64,000 bases of DNA from the human T2T-CHM13v2.0 reference genome, Homo sapiens. Shown piece by piece: positions 1-13,130 of this stretch. Where the stretch lies: the NCBI RefSeq assembly GCF_009914755.1, contig NC_060938.1, one strand, 5' to 3'. Below the pieces are notes generated by a model. That model saw only the letters and a list, made by a program, of their open reading frames with translations. It made no database searches and was not told the DNA's origin. Each line of letters starts with the position of its first letter. Position 1 is the first letter of the stretch. Made by a program: the position numbers and the translations under genes.

Positions 1-2989
1 CACGAATTTGTTCATGCTATTGAATAATATGGACATCTTAACAATATTAAGTATTTAAATCCATAAACATAAAATGTCTTCACATTTATTTTCATCTTTA
101 ATTTCCTTCAGCAATGGTTCATAGTTTTCAGTGTACAAGTCATTTGTCTCCTTGGTTAGGTGTATTCCTAAATATTTTGGGGGTTTTTGGCTATTTTAAA
201 TGCAATAGTTTCTCAATTTTTTAAATATTTTTATTGTTAGTGTCCAAAAACATAATTGATTTTTGAATGTTAATTTTGTATCCGGAAACTTTGCTGGGTC
301 TGCTTTAGTTATAACAGTTTTAGGGGAAGAAAATTTAGGGTGTTTTACATATCAAATCATGTAATCTGTAAACAGAGCCAATTTTATTTCTTCCTTTTCT
401 ATTTTAAAGCCTTTTATTTATTTTTTCCTGACTAATTGCTTTGGTTGAGACTTACAATAATTCTAAGTCTTAACAACAGGAAAATACTTCGTTGAGTGGG
501 AGTGGTGAGAGTCAACATTCTTACTTTGTTCTGATCTTACAAGAAAAGGTTACAGTCTTTCACCATTGATTATATTGAGGTAGTATTTTCCATTCTTAGT
601 TTGTTGAGTGTTTATATCATGAACGAATGTTAAATCTTGCCAAATGCTTTTTCTTCATCAACTGAGATAAACTTATACTTGTTTGGTATTTTTATGTATT
701 TCATTCTATTAATGCCGTGTATTACATTGATTGATTTTTACATGTTGAAACATTCTTGCATTATAAGAGTAACTCTCACTTATTTCAGTATATATTTCTT
801 CAAATACGTTATTGAATTCCGTTTCTTCATATTTTATTGAGGATTTTTGCATCAATATCTATCAGAAATATTGACCTGCAGTTTTCTTGTAGTATCTTTA
901 TATGGCTTTGGTATCAGGATAATGAGCTTGGTAGTGTTCTCTTTTTAAATTTTGGGAAGAGTTTCAGTATCGTCAACTCTTCTTTAAATGGTTAGCAGAA
1001 TTATCCAGTGAAGCCATCGGGTCCTGGGAATTTTTTAATTGAAGATGATTTTGATTACTGATTCAATCTCTTTACTCATTATTAATCTATTTATATTTTC
1101 TATTTATTCACATTTCAGTCTTGGTAGGTCATATGTTTCTAGAATTTTACTGATGTCTTGTAGGTTATCCAGATTTTTGGTATATTAATAATATTGCCTT
1201 ATAATCCTTTTTATTCCTGTGACATTGGTTGTAATGTTCTCTTTTCCATTTCTTATTTTAGTTATTTGTGTGTTCTCTGTTTTTTTCTTGATTACCCTTG
1301 CTAAAGGATTTTTAAAATGTTTTCCAAGCACCAACTCTTTGTTTGGTTTTGTTTTTTCTCTATCATTTGTCTATTCTATGTTCTAATCTGTATTATTTCT
1401 TCTCCTGTCTGCTTTGGGTTTAATGTGTTAATTTTTATAATTCTTTTTGTTTAAGGCTAAGCTAACTTGAGATCTTACTTCTTTATTAATGTGCCATTTA
1501 CTGCTATAAACTTTCCTGTAAGCATTATTTTTGTTGCATTCCATAAGTTTTGGTACATTGTGTTTTCATTCTAATTTTTCTCAAGGTATGTTCTAAATTT
1601 TTATGTGATTTAGTTTAGCCATTGGTCATTAATAGTGTGTCATTTAATTTTCAAACATTTATGAATTTCCAGTTTTCTTTGTACTGTTGATTTCTAGTTT
1701 TGTTTTAATTTTTGTTTAAAAAGATACTTTTTATGATTCCAATGTTCTTGAATTTGTTAAAACTTGTTTTGTGGCCTACCATGCAGGCATTTCTGAAGAA
1801 TATGTGTTCTCCAGAACGTGCACTTTAAGTACACTTAAGTATAATGTATATTTTGCTTTTGGGGTAGACTCTTCTATGTATGTCTGTTAGTCCCAATTAG
1901 TTTATAATGTTGTTCAAATCCTGTACTTCCTTATTTATCTTCTGTCTGGTTGTTCTACTCATTATTTATGGGATATTGAGGTTACCTATCATTATTGTGC
2001 TGCTATATTTCTCTCTTCAATCTTATCAAAGTTTACTTCATATATTTAGAAGCTTTGAGGTTTCACACGTAATTATAATTGTTAACACTCATTATTATAT
2101 AATGTCTTCATTTGTTTCTTGTAACAGGTTTGATTTTAAAGTCTATTTCGTCTGAGATTAGTATAGGTACTACTGCTATCTTTTGGTTACCACTTGCATG
2201 GATCATCTTTTTCATCCTTTTTCTTTCAGTCTATGTTTGCCCTTAGACCTAAAGTGAATCTCCTGCCCATAGTTGTACCCTGTGTTTTCATCCATTTAGC
2301 CAATTTATAATTTTTTTATAAAGGAGCTTAATTTAGATGTAAAGTAATTACTGATAGAAAAAACTTATTATTGCAATTTGCTAATTGGTTTCTATATATC
2401 TTGTATCTTTTATTATCCCTCCTTCATTCTCTCACTTTCTTCTATTGAGTTTCATTGATTTATTTATAGTAATATGATTTGATTCCCTTATCATTTCCTT
2501 CTGAGTGTATTCTATAGCTATTTTCTTGTGGTTGTCATCACAGTTACATAAAATCTGTCAATGATACAACATTGTATTTTACACTGATAACCACTTAACT
2601 TCAGTTCCATCCAAAAGCTGTACTCCCTTACATCTCCACCCTCATATTATCTTATTAATGTAACAAATTATATCTGTATGTATTGCATACCCATTTACAT
2701 AGACTTAGACTTTATTTTTTATAATTTTTTTATTTAAATACTGTCTGTCAAAATTTCAAAAGTACAGTTTGTTATATTTGTCCATGTATTTTCCTTTAGT
2801 GGAGAACCATCTTTTAATAATAGCTTCATGAAGTTGTCTATTGTCCTTTCACTTCAACTTGAAGAACTCCCTTTAGTGTTTATTTTAGAGCCAGTCTAAT
2901 TGTCATGAACTCCCTCAATTTTGTTTATCTGGAAAAGTCTTAATTTCTACTTCATTTTTGAAAGACAGTTTTGCCAGATATAATATTTT
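1..2989 (-). mobile_element. Old LINE-1 (L1M4/L1MC-like), ORF2 N-terminal half plus inter-ORF/ORF1 end; runs off the left edge
   Basis: Degenerate antisense L1 ORF2 motifs (e.g. ggctttggtatcaggataat, ccagtgaagccatcgggtcctgg, ttttattgaggatttttgcatc). The sequence resumes collinearly at ~8065 after the nested L1MA. Confidence 0.85.
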
Positions 2990-5900
2990 GTGTTTTTTAT
3001 TATTTTATTTTTTTAATCTTTGCAGGAACATAAAAAGTATATATATTTATCTATATGTGTATATATATTTGCAGGAACATGATAGTTGTATATATTTCTG
3101 GGGCACATGAGATGTTTTGATATAGGGTTGCAGTGTGAAATAAGCAGAGCATTGAGAATTGGGTATTCATCTCTTTAAGCATTTATCCTTTGAGTTACAA
3201 CAATCCAATTACATTCTTTAAGTGATTTTTAAAATATACAATTAAGTTATTATTGACTATAGTCACTTTCTTGTGCTATTAAATAGTAGGTATTATTCAT
3301 TCTTTCTATTTTATTTTTGAGCCATTACCCATCCGCAGCTTCCCCACAACCTTTGGCAGCCTCTGGTAACCATCCTTCTACTCTCATGTCCATGAGCTCA
3401 ATTGATTTGATTTTTAGATCACACAAATAAGAGAACAGGCAATGTTTTTCTGTGCCTGGGCATATTCCACTTAACCTAATGACCTTCAGTGCCATCCATG
3501 TTGTTGCAAATGACAGGATCTCATTTTTTAGGGTTGAATAGTACTCCATTGTGTATATATACCACATTTTCTTTACCCATACATCTGTTGATGGACACTT
3601 AGGTTGCTTCCAAATCTTAGCTACTGTAAATAGTGCTGCAACAAATATAGGAATGCAGATATCTCTTCAATATACTAATTTCCTTTCTTTGGGTATATAC
3701 CCAGTAGTGAATCTTATGGTCATATGAGTTTTCAAAAAACTTAATTTTTAGTTTCTCGAGGAACCTCCAATCTCTTCTCCATAGTGGTTGTACTAATTTA
3801 CATTACCAACAGCGTATTTTTTTTCCTTTGCTTTGCATCTTCACCAGCATTTGTTATTGCTTGTCTTTTGGATATAAGCCATTTTAACTTGGGTGACAAA
3901 ATTTTTCATTGTAGTTTTTATTTGCATTTCTCTGACAATCGATGATGTTGAACAGCTTTTCATATGCCTGTGTGCCATTTGTATGTCTTCTTTTGAGAAG
4001 TGTCCATTCAAATAATTGCTCATCTTTTGATCAAATTGTTAGCTGTTTTCCTGTAGAATTGTTTGAGCACCTTATATATTCTGGTTGTTAATGCCTTGCC
4101 AGAGTGGTAGTTTGCAAATATTGTCTTTAATTTTGTGGGCTGTCTCCTCACTTTGTTGACTGTATCATTTGCTGTGCAGAAGTTTTTTAACTTCATGTGA
4201 TCCCATTTAACCATCTTTGATTTGGTTGCCTGTGCCTGTGGGGTTATTACTCATGAAATCTTTGCCCAGACCAATGTCTTGAAGATTTCTCATAATGTTT
4301 TCTTGTAGTAGTTTCATAGCTTGTGGTCTTAGATTTAAGTGTTTTATCCACTTTAATTTGATTTTATATATGGTGAGCGATAGGGGGTCTAGTTTCATTC
4401 TTTTGCATATGGTTATTCAGTTTTCCCAGCACCATTTTTTAACGAGACTGTCTTTACTCCAGTGCGTGTTCTTGGCACCTCTGTCAAAAATGAGTTCACT
4501 CTAAGTGTGTGGATTTGCTTCTGCATTCTCTATTCTGCTCCCTTGGTTTATGTGTCTGTTTTTATGCCAGCACCATGCTGTCTTGGTTACTAAAGCTCTA
4601 TTGGTGTCATTTAAAGTCAGGTAATGTGATTCCACCAGTTTCTTCAAATCCATGAACATACAATATTTTTTCCTTTTTTATGTCTTCTTCAAATTTTTAC
4701 ATCAGCTTTTTATAGTTTTCATTTTAGAATCTTTCACTTTTTGGTTAATTACCATGTTTTTAACATTATATGTGGCTATAATAAATAGCATTACTTATTT
4801 ATTTTTTACATTGTTTACTGTTGGGGTATAAAAATCTACTAATTTTTTTAAATTTTACTTTAAGTTCTGGGACACATGTGCAGAATGTGCAGGTTTGTTA
4901 CATAGGTATACATGTGCCATAGTAGTTTGCTGCACCTATGAACCTGTTATCTAGGTTTTAAGACCTGCATGCATTATTTGTCCAAATGTTCTCCTTCCCA
5001 TTGCCCCCCACCCCACGATAGGCCCGAGTGTGTGATGTTCTCCTTCCTGTGTCCATGTGTTCTCATTGTTCAGCTCCCACTTATGGGTGAGAACATGCGG
5101 TGTTTGGTTTTCTGTTCTTGTGTTAGTTTGCAGAGAATGATGGTTCCCAGCTTCATCCATGTCCCTGCAAAGGACATGAACTCATTCTTTTTTATGGATG
5201 CATAGTATTCCATGGTGTATATGTGCCAAATTTTCTTTATCCAGTCTATCATTGATGGGCATTTGGGTTGGTTCCACGTCTTTGCTATTGTAAATAGTGC
5301 TTCAATAAACATACGTGTGCATGTGTTTTTATAGTAGAAAGATTTATAATCCTTTGGGTATATACAGAATTTTGGAATTGCTGAGTCAAATGGTATTTCT
5401 GGTTCTAGATCCTTGAGGAATTGCCACACTGTCTCCACAATGGTTGAGCTACTGATTTTTTTATGTTGACTTTGTATCCCACAACTTTACTGACTTTGTT
5501 TATCAGTTCTAATAGTTTTCCTGTGGAGTCTTCAGCTTTTACTAATATGAGATTATATCATCAGCAAACAAGGATAATTTGATTTTTTCTTTTCTAATTA
5601 GGATGCTCTTTATGTTTTTCTATTGTCTGATTGTTCTAGCATGGACTTCCAGTACTACATTGAATAACAGTGGTGAGAGTAGACATCCTTCTTGTGTTCC
5701 GGATTTTAGAGGAAAGGCTTTCTCCACTTAGTATGATACTAGCTGTGGATCTGTCATATATGGCTTTTTATATGTTGAGGTATATTTCTTCTATCACCAG
5801 TTTTTTGAGCGTTTTATCATGAAACAATGTTGAATTTTATCAAATGCTTTTTCAGCATCATTTGAATGTTTCAATGGTTTGTATCCTTCATTCTGTTGAT

Positions 5901-8048
5901 ATAATGTGTCATGTTGATTTGTGTAGGTTCAACTATCCTTGCATCCCTGCAATAAATCCCACCTGGTCATTATGAATGTTCTTTCTAATGTATTGTTGCA
6001 TTAGGTTTGTTAGTATTAGGTTGAGGATTTTTGCATTAATATTCATGAGAGATGTTGGCCTGTGGTTTTCTTCTTTTAATTTGTCTTTGTCTAGTTTTGG
6101 TATCAGGGTAACACTGGACTCATAGAATGTGTTTGGAAGTATGCTCTCCTCCTCTATTTTTTTGAATAGTTTGAGTAGGATTGGTATCAGTGTTTCTTTA
6201 AATATTTGTTAGAATTCAGCAGTGAAGCTATTAGGTCCTAGGCCTTTCTTTACAGAAATAATTTTTATTACAGCTTTGATCTTGTTACTTATTGGTCTGT
6301 TCATGTTTTAGATTTCTTCCTGGTTCAATCTTGGAAGTTGTATGTGTACAGGAATTGGTCCATTTACTCTACATTTTCCAATTTATTGGCATACAGCTGC
6401 TCATAGTAGCCACTAATGATCCTTTGAATTTCTGAAGTATCAGTTGTAACGTCTCCTTTTTCATTTCTGATTTTATTTATTTGGATCTTCTCTCTTTCAT
6501 TATTAGTCTGGCTAAAGGTTTGTCACATTTTTTTTAACTTTTCAAATAACTTTTTGTTTCATTGATCTTTTCTATGTTTTATTCATTTCAATTTTATTTA
6601 TTTCTGCTCTGATCTTTATTATTTCTTTTCTTCTCATTTTGGGTTTGGTTTGCTCTTGCTTTTCTAGCTCTTTAAGATGCATCCTTATATTGTTTGTTTG
6701 AGCTCTTTCTTCTTTTTTTAATGTAGTCACTTATGACTGTAAACTTCACTCTTACTGCTGCTTTTCCTGTATTCCAAAGGTTTTGGTACATTGTGTTTTC
6801 ATTATCATTTGTTTCAAGAAATTTATCAATTGTCTCCTCAATTCCCTCACTGACCCACTGGTCATTTATCAGTATATTGTTTAATTTCCATGTATTTGTA
6901 TAGTTTTCAAAATACCTCCTGCTATTAATTTCTAGTTTTATTCTATTGTGGTCAGAGAAGATGCTTGATATTATTTCAATTTTTCTGAATGTTTTAAGAC
7001 TTGTTTTGTGATCTAATACATGGTCTATCCTTGAAAATAATCAATGTACCAAAGAAAAGAATGTGTATTTTGCAGCTCTTAGATGAAATGATCTGTAAAT
7101 ATCTATTAGGTCTATTTGATCTACAATGCAGATTAAGTATGGTATTCCTTTGTTGATTTTCTGTCTGGAATAGCTGTACAATGCTGAAAGTAGGGTGTTG
7201 ATGTCTCCACTTATTATTGTATTGAGGCCTATCTCTCTCTTTAGGTCTAATAATATTCTCTTTATATATCTGGGTGTTCCAGTGTTGGGTGCATATATAT
7301 CTAAAGTTGTTATATCCTCTTGCTGAATTGACCCCTTTATCATTATATAGTGATTTCTTTGTCTCCTCTTATAATTTTGTTCTTGAAAACCATTTGTCTT
7401 ATATTAGTGTAGTGACTCATGCTCTTTTGGAGTTTCCATTGGCATGGAATATCTTTTTCCATTTTTTGTTTTTAGTCTATGTGTGTCTTTAAAGGTGAAA
7501 TGAATTTCTTATAGGCAACAGATTAATGGGCTCTGTTTCTTCTTTTTTTTTAATCCATTCATCCTGTCTATGTCTTTTGATTGGAGAGTTTAGTTTATTT
7601 ACAATTAATATTATTATTGATAAGTAATATATCTATTACTGCCATTTTGTTGTTTCCCTTGCTAGGGCTGGGTTAAATGTTCCCTCAGTGGGTGGGTGTC
7701 AGCTGAGACGGATCAGGTTTTCCTTTTTGCTCTAACAGAACAGCACGGAATTCAATGCCTCACAACTGTTGTGTTCTCCCTCTTCCAGCATCCAGGGATG
7801 CTCTTTGAACCACGTGGCTGCTTCTAGGGTTGGGGGAGGGGTGGCATCCATTGGTGACTCGGGACTTTTTCTATCTCTTCAGTGCCTCTTTCAGCAATAT
7901 GAAGTTAAAACCAGCTACTATGATTTTCCACCAGATTTTTGCTTCTTATAAAGGTGTTTTTTCTGTGTAGATAGTTGCTAATTTGGTGTTCCTGTGGAGG
8001 GGAACAACTGCTGGAGCTTTCTATCCTGTCATCTTGCTCCACCTCCCT
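2990..8048 (-). mobile_element. LINE-1 L1MA (L1MA1-3-like) with 3'UTR, ORF2 remnant and 5'UTR start, but no ORF1
   Basis: Poly(T) at ~2990-3014 is followed by an L1MA-type 3'UTR (gcatttatcctttgagttac...ttattgactatagtcac). ORF2 fragments appear in the ORF track (7041-7343 endonuclease: IKGSIQQEDITTLDIYAPNTG). The 5' start reads ggaggtggagcaagatgac on the minus strand. Decayed TSD: ccagatataatatttt (2974-2989) vs ccagatacagtttttt (8049-8064). Confidence 0.88.
4850..5448 (-). mobile_element. 5'-truncated L1PA (L1PA8-10-like) nested in the L1MA
   Basis: L1PA 3' end (taagttctgggacacatgtgcagaatgtgcagg) and ORF2 C-terminus (ORF 5070-5438). TSD ctactaattttttt (4836-4849) / ctactgattttttt (5449-5462). 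Confidence 0.92.
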
Positions 8049-8064
8049 CCAGATACAGTTTTTT

Positions 8065-9395
8065 TGGTTGACAGGTTATTTCTTTCAGCACTTTTAATAT
8101 ATTATCCCACTGCCTTTGATTTGCAAAGTTTTGCTGATAAACCAGCTGATAATCTTATGAAAACTTTTTTGTGTGCAAAAAATCATTTTTGCTGTTTTCA
8201 AGGCTATCATTTTGTCTTTAACTTTAGACAGTTTCATTACTATTTGTCTTATTTGGTTCTCTTTGAATTTTTTCTACTTGGAGTATGTTGAGTTTCTTTA
8301 ATCAATATGTTAATTTTTTTCCCTCAGATATAGGAAGTTTTTAACATATAGGAACTTTTTTCCTCTCTTTTTCTTCTGAGTTGATGTGTATATTCATTAA
8401 CTTCACAGTATGCCACAAGTTTCTTATGTTTTCTTTAATTTTCTTACTTTTTAGTTGCTCTTCTGACTCAAGGATTTCAAATGACCTGCCTTCAAGTTTA
8501 TGGATTCTTTCTTCTGCTTGATCAAGTTGTTTATGAACTTCTGCAATGTATTTTTCAGATTCAGCATTTTTGTTTCATTTTTTATAGTTTTAATCTTTTT
8601 TGTTGATATTCTTATTTTATTCATACATCATTTTCTGAATTTTGTAATTATCTGTGCTCTGTTTTAGATAATTGAGCATATTTATAGTTATTGTACATAT
8701 TTGTCAGACAGTTTCCAGCTCTTCATTTCTTTAGGGTTAGTTTCTGAAGTTTTACTTTCTTTATTTGCTGGGGCCATGTTTTCTTGGTTTTGTTTTGTTT
8801 TGTTTGTTGGTGTGCCTTATAATATTTTGCTGAGATATGGGAATTTAAGAAAACTACTACTTCCTTCAGTTCTTGCGCACTAGTTTGTGCAGGAAAAGAC
8901 ATCACCAATCAGCCCAGCTGGGGATTCTAAGACCTTGTAAATCTTTTCCGATATTTTGCTCTCCATAGTTTCTCCCTGGAGAATTTTAGTTCTAATATGC
9001 TACTTGCCTCTATTTTCAATGGCTTCCAGATTATGGCACTTGTTCTTTCATTGTTTCCAGACAGATGAGAAAGAAATCAGTCTCCCTGGTAGCCCTAAGA
9101 TAAGCCAGAACATTGGATATATAGTGAACCCTTTTATTTACATCTAAATGTGGGAGCCGCAGTATGGAAGGTTTCCTTCTAATTGTTCTGCACTATACCA
9201 TAAAGGGAAGGGGTTGGGGCACAAAAGAATGTGATAATTTTTTTACCCCTTTCTCTGGAAACCTCTTCTTGGTTTTACAATGGCCTGGCTGTTGTACCTT
9301 CTCACATGGTCTCTAGAGTTCTCACAGAGGTATTCTGGTCCATATATTGTTGTTAACTTGCTTCTCCATAATTTCCTAATCTGCCATCTCATGAC
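8065..9395 (-). mobile_element. Continuation of the old L1M (ORF1 region and 5'UTR)
   Basis: Resumes the host consensus (ggttgacaggttatttctttcagcactttt). ORF1-like antisense sequence (caaatgacctgccttcaagttt...cttctgcttgatcaa). Ends near ctgccatct (9381-9389), whose reverse complement resembles the aagatggc L1 5' start. Confidence 0.7.
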
Positions 9396-9409
9396 AATCT
9401 ATCCTAGTT

Positions 9410-11160
9410 TTTTTCTGTCTCTCTGGCAGAAGCTCAAAGGAGCAATTTCAATCAGGTATGCATTTTGCAGGCCTTTGGTCACATCTACCCTTGCACCATC
9501 CTATTAGTCAAAGCAAGTCACTTTCCAAGTCAGGCAAGGACATTTCAAGTCAGGTAAGGAAATCGTTTCCATTAGACTGGTTGGGGGTGGAAGGCATTGG
9601 GTAAGGAAAGACATTTAATATTTCTGAGACACAATGTAAGTTTTCAGAGTCTGCCCTCTTGTTGAATATTTTCCTTCCAACAATTAAAATATGCACATTG
9701 TCCTTTCTATAACAGCATTATGCTTAAAGTCCAGGATCTTGTGATGTATACCAAGCCTAGATAGGATTTTGATCTAGAAACTTATGAAGTAAAAACTATT
9801 AGTTATCTTCATATTTTTTCCATCCCCCTTTAACACACAACACACTAATGGTGCAATTAGGAAAAGATAACTAAAATAACTCCTATTTGGAAAAGGAATG
9901 ACTGAGAAGCACATACTTGTTTGCAGCAGTTTTGAAATACTGCCAGGCAAATGTCATTGTCAAGTATTGTTATCATACGTCCTGTGGGTGGAGGATATTT
10001 TATAATTAGGATCTGATTCTGCCGGCCGAGAATGACTCCCTGGTCTGCTGCTTTTCTCCAGTTTTTGGCTTTATCTAATGGGACAATCTTTTTTTCTATC
10101 ATTCTCTTTGGGCAACTTCTGGAGAAGACATTAGAAAATGTACATTTTTTTATATTATTGAACAGCATTTTCCGCCTGCTTCCTGTCTGTAAACTATGTA
10201 AGTGCAAGAATAAATTTTACATTTGGAGCAATCTCAGTCACTTTGAATTCTGAATAATAATGCACATAGACATAAAACTCTATCAAAATCTTTGTGGGTA
10301 TTTATGTAAGTGATTCTAGTGTTCATGCACTGAGACAAAAGACATACCTGTAATAGCTCTTGTGACGTACATCTCTTTCTGTATTTAATATATGATATTT
10401 TGAGCCCATCAAGCTGCCTTGGAGCATACACTTAAGATTCCTAAAAGACCTTTCTTCTACCTAAGAGGAACTTTAATTTTTTCAAAGTTCCTAATAAAAT
10501 GTTTTAAAGCTAGGCCCCTAATTTAGTCTTTTCTCTGGGACCATGTTTTACCGTGGATGCACTAAATTTTGACTATACTCCCATACTGAATTTTAATTTG
10601 AGAGTGTGTTACTAACTGAAGAATCCAGGAATAAGAACCAGTTTCATTTTAATTCTCTGTAAATTCTGCTTAAAAACTACCCTTTTATTTTTATTTTTAT
10701 TTTCTGAGCTTACGTGCTTTTTCCTGTCTTTACTTGCTTTCTAATTCCAAAGCCACTCTCACATATGTGAGGACTTTAATATAACAACACTTCATTTATC
10801 TTTGCCAAGTTTTGTAATGGTTGACTATTGATGCATAACAAAATACTCCTGGGTTCAGCTGGATGTTAGTAGATCTAAGATGGAATCAGCAAAAAGGCAT
10901 ATGTTCTATATTTCTCTTATTTTTTTTATACCAACAACTAGACCTTCACGTTTTTCTTAGGGTGGTGACAGAGTTTCAAGAAAGCAAGATCAATAGTGAA
11001 GGTGTTGTAAAGCCTCTTGCCACTTCCTACCTAGTATATTCTACTGACAAAAGTAAACCACATGACCAATCCCAAAGATCAAGGGTAGAGAAGTACCCTC
11101 TGCTCACAGAGGTGGGGTCAAAATCGAAATAAATATTTCTGAATAGTTATCTAATCTGAA
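9410..11160 (-). mobile_element. Old MaLR (MLT1J/K-like) LTR fragments with probable internal sequence
   Basis: Two similar LTR-like segments lie in the same orientation: cctattagtcaaagcaagtcac (~9500) and tctactgacaaaagtaaaccacatgacc (~11040). Highly diverged. Confidence 0.45.
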
Positions 11161-11427
11161 ACCAGTTAGTACTTTATTGGTACTTACACTTTTTAATAAA
11201 AATTTTACTTATTTCTGTGTCTTCAGTAAATACACACACTTAGACACACACAAAGCTATAACTAGCTCATTTACAAATTTTAAAAAGTGTTTTTTTTCTT
11301 GTTGGTGCTATGGTGGATATTTTTCTAGTGCGCAAAGCTTGGCAAATAAAGTGAGTGAAAAATTTTAGGATCTTTTAACTTCTTACTGATAGATACTCAT
11401 GGATTGAATACATTGCACCACTCAGGG

Positions 11428-11980
11428 TAGTAGTTGCCCCTTACCTGGAGGAGATTTGTCCCAAGATCCTAGTGGATACCTAAAACCATGGATAGTGCCA
11501 AATCCTATGTGTAATATACTATGTTTCTTTCCTATACATACATACCTACATACCTATGATAAAATTTATGAATTAGACACGGTAAGAGGTTAAAAACAAT
11601 TATTAATAATAAAGTACAGCAATTATAACAATATGCCAGCATCACTACTGTTGTGCTTTGGGGCCATTACTAAGTAAAATAAGAGTTACTTAATCACAAG
11701 GATTGTGACATCAGTACAGTCAATTTGATAATCAAGAGGACCACTGAGTAGCTAATGGGAAGGTGGTATAGACAGTGAAGATATCCTAGAGAAAAAGCTA
11801 ATCACACCCTGGTGGAACAGAGTGTGATGTGAGATTTCATCACACTACTGAGAATGGCACACAATTTAAAACTCATGAATTGTTTATTTTTGGAATTTTC
11901 TATTTAATATTTTCAGACCGTAGTTGAAAGACAGGAATTAAAACTGTGAAAAATGAAACCATAGCTAAGGAAATCTACTG
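11428..11980 (-). mobile_element. MER44 (Tigger7-derived DNA transposon, MER44B-like)
   Basis: Terminal inverted repeat (TIR) remnants tagtagttgcccctta... and ...taaggaaatctactg. Internal motif aatttaaaactcatgaattgtttatttttggaattttc. About 550 bp. Confidence 0.8.
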
Positions 11981-12014
11981 TGTAGATACCTTTTTTATTT
12001 AAAAAGTTTATATT

Positions 12015-12155
12015 ATTCATTTTTAAATACATTTATTGTAGATTTAAGGTATACAACATGATGTTATGGGAGATAGATGATAGATGGATGATAGAATAGA
12101 TAGATGATAGATAGTAAAAAGATCACTATAATGTAACAAATTGACATATCTATTG
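12015..12155 (-). mobile_element. L1MA 3'-end fragment containing a degenerate (GATA)n
   Basis: atttaaggtatacaacatgatgtt motif, followed by gatagatgatagatggatgatag at 12072-12113. Confidence 0.6.
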
Positions 12156-13130
12156 TTTCGAACACCATAGGAAATGAAATCAAATATAGATATCTTATAG
12201 GCACACTATCTAACAACAGAATTAGAAGTGTATTCTTAACAGCTCATCACTTCCTTGAGTTAAGATGTGTGGTATGTAAATTCATGTGCCATCTTCCTTA
12301 AAGCACATTTTTTTGTGTGTGCCTGAATCACCAACAACACATTCAAAATAGGATCTTTTACATTGAAAGAACATTATGCTTCGTTACTATGGAAACTATC
12401 TGCTCTTTCTGAAAAGCTTTCATAGTCCCTGTTTCTCTTTTTCTCTCTGCATGTTTTACCCCTCAAGTTCCTTAGCTGCCACTTTGTGTCTGCCTTTGCT
12501 CTGACTTTGATTGAGTGGAATTTTATGACCTTCATACTCCTAGTATAATCATTTATTTGATCTAAAATTTTGATTTCTTATCCAATAAAAGAAGTTTAAG
12601 TAATCAGGTGTCATTTCACTTCTATTATTTCTTTAATTTTTAGATGGCAAGTTGTCACAATATAAATACATCTTATAGACGAATAAATATTTAAGTAAAT
12701 AGAATTATTTCTAGTCATTGTGCAGATTATATGATCATTTTTCATTTTAATTTAGAGCTATGAGGGAGCGTTAATCAGAGCCCTAAGCTCAGTCAACAAG
12801 GCTGCTGAAATCTATGATTTTTCCCTAAGGCCTCGGTGACTGATACAAATACTGCCATAAGTTGTGCCAATGAAGTTCTTATAGGATTTAGGGCACTCCA
12901 ACTATTAAAACCTGAGAATGCTTCAATTGAGTGTTACATCTGTAAAAACAGCTAATTTGTGAGTAACATGACAGCTACATGTCCATCAAGATTTTTAGAA
13001 AGATTATGAATCTGCTACCCTCCTATCTCGTACAATATTACTGATCTTTTTGAAATATGTGACTATACTTTAAATTTCAAGCTCCTTTTTAGTTAGAAAT
13101 TAGTCAATGATATACAAATAGTGGAATGTA

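Noticed and set aside
637-2155. Hydrophobic F/L/I-rich short ORFs that look like membrane peptides (here and throughout the window)
   Set aside because: Expected translation of T-rich antisense L1 or AT-rich DNA; many also begin at non-ATG codons.
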